From assembly GCA_031549625.1 (NCBI GenBank), contig JAVBPK010000116.1:1-53037 (forward strand): 53,037 nt of DNA. The letters are read 5' to 3'. The position numbers were made by a program, and so were the translations under genes. A model generated the notes under the pieces. That model worked only from the letters and a program-made list of their open reading frames with translations. It was not told the origin of the DNA and ran no database searches. Below, in pieces: positions 46,662 through 53,037 of the stretch (within the stretch, counting starts at the first letter, position 1; each line of letters starts with the position of its first letter). This DNA is from Eubacteriales bacterium (lineage in GTDB: Bacteria > Bacillota > Clostridia > Christensenellales > CAG-138).

Positions 46662-47195
46662 ATGGAACTTCTGGGGACGACCATTGTTGCCGTAAAAAAA
46701 GACGGCGTTTGTGCGGTTGCAGGAGATGGGCAAGTCACGATGAATAAAGCCACGGTCATGAAGCACACGGCAAAAAAAGTGCGCCGTTTGTACCATGGCA
46801 AAGTGGTGGTGGGCTTTGCGGGCTCGGTGGCGGACGCGTTTTCGCTGTGTGAACGATTCGAAGCCAAATTAGAGCAATACGGCGGCGGGCTTATGCGCGC
46901 GGCGGTATCGCTGGCGCAAGAGTGGCGCGGCGATAAAGCATTGCGCCAGTTGGAGGCGCTTTTGATCGCGGCAGACAAAGACGAGCTGCTGGTCATTTCC
47001 GGCACGGGCGAGGTCATCGATCCGGACGACGGCATAGCGGCCATCGGTTCGGGCGGCATGTACGCGCTGGCGGCGGCAAAGGCGCTTAAGGAAGCCACAG
47101 ACCTGAGCGCGAGGGAAATTGCGGAACATGCCATGAAAATTGCCGGGGAAATTTGCGTATATACAAATGGCAATGTGACGGTTGAGGAGGTTTAA
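46662..47195 (+). CDS. hslV: ATP-dependent protease subunit HslV (ClpQ)
   Basis: [11 protein letters not shown]...GDGQVT N-terminal nucleophile region and GSGG motif. ATG 46662 behind GAAGGGG. GTG 46653 is an alternative start. Confidence 0.93.
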   Translation: MELLGTTIVAVKKDGVCAVAGDGQVTMNKATVMKHTAKKVRRLYHGKVVVGFAGSVADAFSLCERFEAKLEQYGGGLMRAAVSLAQEWRGDKALRQLEALLIAADKDELLVISGTGEVIDPDDGIAAIGSGGMYALAAAKALKEATDLSAREIAEHAMKIAGEICVYTNGNVTVEEV

Positions 47196-47198
47196 GCG

Positions 47199-48590
47199 AT
47201 GCTGACACCGAAACAAATAGTCGATGCGCTGGATAAATACATCGTTGGCCAGGATAAAGCAAAACGCGCGGTAGCCATCGCGCTTAGAAACCGCTATAGG
47301 CGCAGCCAGCTTTCGGATGCACTGCGCGAAGAGATCACGCCCAAAAACATCATCATGATGGGGCCGACAGGCGTGGGCAAAACAGAAATAGCAAGGCGGC
47401 TGGCCAAGCTTGTAGATGCGCCGTTGGTAAAGGTAGAGGCGACGAAGTTCACGGAAGTCGGCTACGTGGGGCGAGATGTGGATAGCATGGTACGCGATCT
47501 TGTAGAAGCGTCTATCCGTCTGTGCAAGGCAAACAGAATGGAAAGCGTGCGGCTGATGGCGGAAACAGCTGCAGAACAGCGGCTGGTCGATTTGCTGGTG
47601 CCGTTGCGCAAAAATGAGGCGCATGCGCCCATGAACCCGCTGCAGATGCTGCTGGGGGCGGGCACGCAGCCAAAAGAGCCCGAAATGTCGGATGAAGAAA
47701 AGAAAACGCATTTCAACAGGCGCGAGACGGTACTTGCGCAGTTGCGCGCGGGCAGGCTGGAAGAAGAAATTGTGCAGGTGGATGTGGAAGAAAAAAGCCC
47801 GGGCAGCGATGCCATGCTTGCCATGGGCATAGACTTAAACATAAATGACATGCTTGGCGGCATATTGCCGCGCAAACAAAAGCGCCGCAAAGTAAAGGTG
47901 CGCGAAGCCAGGCGTATTTTGGTGCAGGAAGAAAGCGACAAGCTCATCGACATGGACGAGGTCATCCGCGACGCCGTAGAAAAGGCGGAGCAGGACGGCA
48001 TCATATTCATCGACGAGATAGACAAGATCGCGAGCTCCCGCGGCGGCGGGCACGGCAGCGGGCCGGATGTATCGCGCGAAGGCGTACAAAGGGCTATTTT
48101 GCCCATCGTTGAAGGCTCTACGGTAAACACCAAATACGGTCCTGTCAAAACCGATTACATGCTGTTTATCGCGGCGGGCGCGTTTCATGTTGCCAAGGTG
48201 GAAGACCTCATACCGGAACTGCAGGGCAGATTCCCTATCAAAGTAGAGTTGGACGCGCTCACCGAAGAAGATTTCCGCCGCATACTGACACAGCCGGAAA
48301 ACGCCATCACCAAACAATATGGCGCGTTGCTGGGTGCGGATCATGTGCTGCTCACGTTTACGGAAGATGCGCTTGAAGAGATTGCGCATTTTGCGCATAT
48401 CGCAAACGAGAGCAGTGAAAATATCGGCGCAAGGCGCTTGCATACCATCATGGAAACGCTTCTCGAAGACATTTCGTTTAACGCTGGCGGCGATTATCCC
48501 GATATCGAGCTGAAGATAGACGGCACTTATGTCCGCGAACGCATGGCGGAAGCGCAGGTTGACAGGGATTTACATAAATACATACTATAA
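47199..48590 (+). CDS. hslU: ATP-dependent protease ATPase subunit HslU (ClpY)
   Basis: [31 protein letters not shown]. Walker [16 protein letters not shown] and Walker [11 protein letters not shown]. Inserted I-domain. Confidence 0.96.
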   Translation: MLTPKQIVDALDKYIVGQDKAKRAVAIALRNRYRRSQLSDALREEITPKNIIMMGPTGVGKTEIARRLAKLVDAPLVKVEATKFTEVGYVGRDVDSMVRDLVEASIRLCKANRMESVRLMAETAAEQRLVDLLVPLRKNEAHAPMNPLQMLLGAGTQPKEPEMSDEEKKTHFNRRETVLAQLRAGRLEEEIVQVDVEEKSPGSDAMLAMGIDLNINDMLGGILPRKQKRRKVKVREARRILVQEESDKLIDMDEVIRDAVEKAEQDGIIFIDEIDKIASSRGGGHGSGPDVSREGVQRAILPIVEGSTVNTKYGPVKTDYMLFIAAGAFHVAKVEDLIPELQGRFPIKVELDALTEEDFRRILTQPENAITKQYGALLGADHVLLTFTEDALEEIAHFAHIANESSENIGARRLHTIMETLLEDISFNAGGDYPDIELKIDGTYVRERMAEAQVDRDLHKYIL

Positions 48591-48651
48591 TCCGAAAAGT
48601 TTATGGATCATTCATTGTATGTAATGCTTCAGGATATGGTATAATGAACAA

Positions 48652-49674
48652 ATGAAACGAAGAACATATGCGGCAATCCTCTTGCTGGGCATGCTTTTGG
48701 CGTCGGGCTGTGCCGGCCAAACAGAAACGGCCGATATGCAGGAAGACGAAGTATTAAGCTTTGAGGTTGGTGCGCATTCCGCCAGCACATATTCGTCCGC
48801 GCATTTCCCGTTTGCCTCTCCGGCCCCCGAAAGCACGATTGTCCCAAAGTTTTCAGAAGATCAAACGCTCGGCGCGACAGCTGCGCCGCCTGTTCCCATG
48901 TCCGCACCCGCGGTTTCGGCCACGCCCGGGCCAACAGCGGCGGCGGCAGCCCCAGCGGCTACACAAAAGCCTTCTCCGGAACCGACGCCGGCATATAGGC
49001 TCACAAAAGTCAACAACGAAAAAGGCCATGTGAAGGGCCACGATGTAAATTTACGCCAGGGCCCCGGCACAGAATATGAGGTCATAAAACAAATTGACTA
49101 CCTTTCAACGGTTGTCATCACAGGCAAAACCGATGCGTGGTATCGCGTGAAGCTGGGAGAAGCTACAGGCTTCATATTAAAAGAATTCATCAGCCTTGGC
49201 GCGGAGCCGACGCCCGTGCCGACGCCAACGCCAAAGCCCAAACCGAAAGCCACTGCTACGCCCAAAACGAGCTCCAGCCAAACTTCCGTCAAACAGGGGG
49301 AGAAGGGCGATTATTCAGAGAATGACCTCTACCTGGCGGCCAAACTGATCTACGCCGAGGGCAACAGCCAAAGCACCGAAAGTTTCCGCGCCATGGCGAA
49401 TGTTCTATACAACCGTTGCAAATCCAAAAAATTTGGCGGCACCGTGGAAAAAGAAGTATACCGCAGCGGCCAATTCTCTGTGGTCAAAAAAAGTTCTTTC
49501 GAGGGCATGAAACCAAACTCCAAGGCGTTAAAAGCGGCGGAAGAGGTCTTCAACGAAGGTGTGCGCGTGCTTCCGGAGGGCGTCATGTATTTTCGGGCCG
49601 CGCGGCTGGGCACGAGTTGGGGCTCTTCGCGCGAATTTTATAAGACAATCGGCGGCAACAACTACTACTATTAA
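48652..49674 (+). CDS. Lipoprotein with SH3b-like domain and C-terminal SleB/CwlJ-type cell-wall hydrolase domain
   Basis: Lipobox LLASGC. P/A/T-rich linkers. SH3b-like VNLRQGPGTEYEVIKQI...AWYRVKLGEATGFI. Hydrolase_2-type LAAKLIYAEGNSQSTESFRAMANVLYNR...SGQFS. Confidence 0.82.
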   Translation: MKRRTYAAILLLGMLLASGCAGQTETADMQEDEVLSFEVGAHSASTYSSAHFPFASPAPESTIVPKFSEDQTLGATAAPPVPMSAPAVSATPGPTAAAAAPAATQKPSPEPTPAYRLTKVNNEKGHVKGHDVNLRQGPGTEYEVIKQIDYLSTVVITGKTDAWYRVKLGEATGFILKEFISLGAEPTPVPTPTPKPKPKATATPKTSSSQTSVKQGEKGDYSENDLYLAAKLIYAEGNSQSTESFRAMANVLYNRCKSKKFGGTVEKEVYRSGQFSVVKKSSFEGMKPNSKALKAAEEVFNEGVRVLPEGVMYFRAARLGTSWGSSREFYKTIGGNNYYY

Positions 49675-49924
49675 TTCTTTTAGTGATTAAAATTTTTACG
49701 CGGAGTTTCAACCATCGTTCAAATCCTCGAGGGCTTCATTTGCGAACGCTCGCAAGGGGTTTGTGTTCCACCGCCATGTTTGCCGGAGCGGCCAGCAGCA
49801 GTGTTCCGCACGGGTGCCCATCGGGAAGAGGGAGAATATTTTCGTAAAACGCGCAACCACACGCTGGGAAAGTGCGTTTACTTTATAAAATGTTTGTAAT
49901 AAAGTTTTAAGGAGGAAAACGAAC

Positions 49925-50440
49925 ATGAAGAAGGCATTACGAATGACGATGATTATGGCCTGTGCGCTGGCGGCTGCCCTGCTGCTGGGGGCGTGCAACA
50001 GCGGCCCCAAAGTCGAGCCGAGCGAACCGGGCGCCCAAATGCCAAACCCGATCGTAGAGGTGGAAGGCGCGGCGGAAATCAAAACCAAGATGGGGATAGA
50101 CATGTTGGCGCCGGAGGGCGCGGAGAAAGCGCAGTACAGCATCATTGCGGATACAACGGCGCAAGTGACGTTCGAACTGGACGGCGCGGAATATACCTAT
50201 AGAATAGCGAAGGCAAGCGGCGGAATGGAAGACATCAGCGGCATGTACATCGACTTTGCGGCAACCAAAGAGGCGGATATCAACGGCATACCGTGCAAGC
50301 TTTCCTGCAACGACGGCGCGGAGGGCATGATAAACTGGCAGGACGAGCAGGCAGGCACGGTTCACAATATTTCCATGACGGAAGGCGCAACGGAAGAAAA
50401 ACTCATTGCGGTTGCGGCGGAGGTTATTCCCGTAGGCTAA
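49925..50440 (+). CDS. Hypothetical lipoprotein (171 aa)
   Basis: AAGGAGG SD. Signal peptide and lipobox MIMACALAAALLLGAC. No assignable domain. Confidence 0.65.
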   Translation: MKKALRMTMIMACALAAALLLGACNSGPKVEPSEPGAQMPNPIVEVEGAAEIKTKMGIDMLAPEGAEKAQYSIIADTTAQVTFELDGAEYTYRIAKASGGMEDISGMYIDFAATKEADINGIPCKLSCNDGAEGMINWQDEQAGTVHNISMTEGATEEKLIAVAAEVIPVG

Positions 50441-50522
50441 GCGAAAGTGAAAGCGTATGAATGGGGATGTTTGCGCAAATGTCGCAGACGTCCCTTTTTC
50501 AGGCGTTTTTTTGAATTTTTCA

Positions 50523-50551
50523 TTGCATGAAAAAAATGACTGTGTTATAAT
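50523..50551 (+). promoter_or_regulatory. SigmaA-type promoter (extended -10) for rpsB-tsf
   Basis: TTGCAT (50523-50528), 17-nt spacer ending in TGt, TATAAT (50546-50551). It leaves a leader of about 100 nt before rpsB. Confidence 0.65.
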
Positions 50552-50659
50552 GCTCAAGATGCGAAAATGACACACCATCGCGGATTTGGCGTCTCCTGCC
50601 CATTGGGTATACGCCGAAAGAGAAACGATGGGAGGAAAACGAAGGAGGTAACGTTTATT

Positions 50660-51412
50660 ATGTCTGTCATTTCTATGAAACAATTGCTGGAGGCCGGCGT
50701 ACATTTCGGCCACCAAACCCGTCGTTGGAATCCAAAGATGAAAGAGTACATCTTCACGGAACGCAACGGCATCTACATCATCGATCTGCAAAAGACAGTC
50801 AAAAAGATTGAGGAAGCCTACTATTTCATTCGTGATTTGTCACAGAATGGTGAAAACATTCTGTTTGTCGGCACAAAGAAGCAGGCACAGGAATCCATCG
50901 ATCAAGAAGCTAGGCGCTGCGAAATGTTCTTTGTGAACCAGCGTTGGCTGGGTGGCATGCTCACAAACTTCAAAACCATCCAAACCCGCATCGGCAAGCT
51001 GCGCAAAATCGAACAAATGGAAGCATCGGGCCAATTCGACCTGCTGCCCAAAAAAGAAGTTATCAAGCTCAAGCTTGAAGCCGAAAAGCTGGAGCGCAAT
51101 CTGGGCGGCATCAAAGATATGAAGAAGCTGCCGGGCGCTCTGTTTGTGGTAGATCCGCGCAAAGAACACATCGCCATCATGGAAGCCCGCGCGCTGCACA
51201 TACCCATTGTCGCCATTGTCGATACCAACTGCGATCCCGACGAAGTGGACTATGTCATACCTGGTAACGACGACGCCATTCGCGCCGTTAAGCTTATCGC
51301 AGCCAAAATGGCCGACGCCGTGCTGGAAGGCCGTCAGGGCGAACAAATGCACGACGATGCCCCGTATGCGAGCAAAGCTGAAGCGGGCGCAGAAGAAGAA
51401 TTCATGGCGTAA
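50660..51412 (+). CDS. rpsB: 30S ribosomal protein S2
   Basis: Trimmed to ATG 50660 (AAGGAGG SD). [27 protein letters not shown] is the canonical S2 N-terminus. Confidence 0.96.
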   Translation: MSVISMKQLLEAGVHFGHQTRRWNPKMKEYIFTERNGIYIIDLQKTVKKIEEAYYFIRDLSQNGENILFVGTKKQAQESIDQEARRCEMFFVNQRWLGGMLTNFKTIQTRIGKLRKIEQMEASGQFDLLPKKEVIKLKLEAEKLERNLGGIKDMKKLPGALFVVDPRKEHIAIMEARALHIPIVAIVDTNCDPDEVDYVIPGNDDAIRAVKLIAAKMADAVLEGRQGEQMHDDAPYASKAEAGAEEEFMA

Positions 51413-51448
51413 TTGGGACAAGTGCAGGAATAACGGGAGGAATATAAC

Positions 51449-52099
51449 ATGTTTACAGCAAAGAACGTAATGGAATTGCGCGAAATGACCGGCGCCGGCA
51501 TGATGGATTGCAAAAAGGCGCTGACAGAGTGCAACGGCGATATGGAAAAGTCAAAGGACTATCTGCGCGAAAAAGGGCTGGCGGCTGCAGCGAAAAAAGC
51601 GGGCCGCATAGCGGCGGAAGGCATTGTGGACAGCTACATCCACATGGGCGGCAAAATTGGCGTTCTGGTGGAAGTCAACTGCGAAACAGACTTCGTGGCG
51701 AAAACAGACGCGTTCAAAGAATTTGTGCATGATATCGCGCTGCAAATTGCGGCTGCAAAGCCGACATACATCGTAAAGGACGAAGTGCCGCAGGACGAGA
51801 TCGAAAAAGAAAAGTCCATATTGCGCGCGCAGGCACAGGGCGAAGATAAACCCAAACCTGAAGCAATCATCGAAAAGATGGTGCAGGGCCGCATCGATAA
51901 ATACTACAAAGAAGTATGCTTAATGGAGCAGGCCTGTGTCAAAAACCCGGATATCACCATATCCCAGCTTTTGAATGAGACCGTCTCCAAGATAGGCGAA
52001 AAGGTCAGCATCCGCCGCTTCGTGCGCTACGAAATGGGCGAAGGCCTGCAAAAGCGCGAAGATAACTTTGCGGAAGAAGTAATGGGCCAAATCAAATAA
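51449..52099 (+). CDS. tsf: Translation elongation factor Ts
   Basis: [22 protein letters not shown]-like N-terminus. 216 aa (short Firmicute form). GGGAGG SD. Confidence 0.95.
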   Translation: MFTAKNVMELREMTGAGMMDCKKALTECNGDMEKSKDYLREKGLAAAAKKAGRIAAEGIVDSYIHMGGKIGVLVEVNCETDFVAKTDAFKEFVHDIALQIAAAKPTYIVKDEVPQDEIEKEKSILRAQAQGEDKPKPEAIIEKMVQGRIDKYYKEVCLMEQACVKNPDITISQLLNETVSKIGEKVSIRRFVRYEMGEGLQKREDNFAEEVMGQIK

Positions 52100-52181
52100 T
52101 GCAGGTGTGACCGTCAATCTTAGTGTGGTATTTGTACGACAGCACACGGAAAACAGAAAAAGAAGAATGCCGAAACAAATA

Positions 52182-52205
52182 GAGCCAGGCGATACCGCCT
52201 GGTTC
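52182..52205. terminator. Shared convergent terminator (tsf and transaldolase)
   Basis: gagccaggcg-atac-cgcctggttc forms a 10-bp stem. The U-tract is better on the minus strand (atttgttt). Confidence 0.65.
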
Positions 52206-52232
52206 TATTCATATCATTTCGCACGCCGGTTT

Positions 52233-53037
52233 CTACGCATGTATGATGCTGCGGCGTTCAGCTGCAAACTGCACCGCTTTTGTCCAGGCCTTTTCGAAGG
52301 AAGTGCGGAAGCGTACCACTGGTCCAAATTCCTCATATTCGTGAGGTTCTATTTCGTGAATAAAATACGCTTTGCGGAAATCTCTTAGCATATAGCAAAG
52401 CTCGTCAATCACCTCGTGCGGTACAGGCTGTAAAAAACGCTGCACAACAGGTTGATCCAGTTCAATCAGCTTGTTGGCCGTGCCTTCCCAATTAATCGTG
52501 ACTGCCGCGTTTGCGCCTACCATTTCGGTGAAATGGTGCAGGCCGCGCGCGCCGCCGCTGATCATGCCAACTTCCGGCCAGTGCTGCTTGGTGATCTCGT
52601 ATACCTTTTTGGCGACAGCGATGCCGGCTTGCCAAACAATATCGTCCGCGATATCCACGTTGCCGCTTTCAACATCCGCGCGCATTTGCTCATCAAAGAT
52701 CCCAGCAATATGCGAATAAAAGGATATGGGAGGATGAGCCATGCCCTTGGTGGCGTTTGCGTACACCGTGCAGAAATCGATGGCCTGCCGCACGGCCATA
52801 ACCTCCGTCGCGTTGATGGAAGCGCCTTCCTGTAGCAAAGTGCCGATTGCTTTGAGACCGTCTTCCGTCACAGGCACTTTAACCATGATGTTTGGAAAAT
52901 GCTCCCTATTGTAGCGCCCATAGGAAAGGATGGATTGCGCATCTTCCTTAAAAGGATTCCCCTGAATGCTTACATAACCATACCGTCCTTGAGAAGATTC
53001 GTAAAGCGGCAAAAACTCTTTTGCGATACGTTCCACC
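52233..53037 (-). CDS. Transaldolase-family protein (partial; N-terminus beyond the window edge)
   Basis: The ORF is open to the right edge. NIMVKVPVTEDG contains the Schiff-base Lys motif of transaldolase/Fsa TIM barrels. INATEVMAV and ISFYSHIAGIFD also fit. Confidence 0.8.
   Translation of the reverse strand, partial: VERIAKEFLPLYESSQGRYGYVSIQGNPFKEDAQSILSYGRYNREHFPNIMVKVPVTEDGLKAIGTLLQEGASINATEVMAVRQAIDFCTVYANATKGMAHPPISFYSHIAGIFDEQMRADVESGNVDIADDIVWQAGIAVAKKVYEITKQHWPEVGMISGGARGLHHFTEMVGANAAVTINWEGTANKLIELDQPVVQRFLQPVPHEVIDELCYMLRDFRKAYFIHEIEPHEYEEFGPVVRFRTSFEKAWTKAVQFAAERRSIIHA

Noticed and set aside
46869-47711. 280-aa minus-strand ORF
   Set aside because: It is antisense across the hslV-hslU junction and is a shadow ORF with no motifs.
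49937-50791. 284-aa minus-strand ORF
   Set aside because: It runs antisense through the lipoprotein gene, the rpsB promoter and leader, and the rpsB start. This is incompatible with those stronger features.
1-53037. Mobile elements, prophage, CRISPR-Cas, restriction-modification, toxin-antitoxin or other defence systems
   Set aside because: I looked for integrase, transposase or recombinase motifs, terminal inverted repeats, repeat-spacer arrays, methyltransferase or nuclease pairs and small adjacent TA-like ORFs. I found none. The window is dominated by housekeeping genes in conserved order.

Overview
This 53-kb window reads as chromosomal core DNA from a spore-forming, fairly GC-rich Firmicute, probably Clostridia-like (inference from gene content and order). 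Nearly all genes are on the + strand. I support about 50 CDS.

Gene order, left to right:
- ROK glucokinase
- A convergent PflX-type radical-SAM gene and an NlpC/P60 hydrolase (minus strand)
- An ABC-F ATPase and a MarR regulator
- A gerA-type germinant-receptor operon (A, B and C subunits plus a mini membrane ORF)
- A DUF3006 protein
- A small-protein / Cys-rich PAS-PP2C phosphatase pair
- cdaA-cdaR
- A COG2509 flavoprotein
- A P-loop NTPase followed by a four-subunit 2-oxoacid:ferredoxin oxidoreductase
- A T-box-controlled hisS-aspS operon
- An RseC-like protein, trxA and an M23 peptidase
- An extracytosolic flavin module (FMN-binding lipoprotein plus Tat-exported FAD reductase) and an unassigned beta-sandwich protein
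- The Bacillus-type conserved block ylxM-ffh-rpsP-khpA-rimM-trmD-rplS-rbgA-rnhB-yraN / comM-dprA-topA-trmFO-hslVU / rpsB-tsf
- A convergent partial transaldolase at the right edge

I found no rRNA, tRNA, CRISPR array, IS element, integrase, prophage gene or recognisable defence or toxin-antitoxin gene. I do not see a clear new multi-gene system.

The least ordinary parts are:
- An orphan promoter-structure-terminator unit at about 1.1-1.4 kb, which may be an sRNA.
- A 1247-aa protein that fuses a carbohydrate-binding-like domain with two GT-C glycosyltransferase domains. With gtrA it sits inside the otherwise conserved yraN-comM junction.
- The flavin reductase module and its unassigned neighbour.
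- A P-loop NTPase placed in front of the oxidoreductase genes.
- A cdaA-cdaR pair without glmM.

All family calls come from motifs read in the supplied translations. No database search was run.
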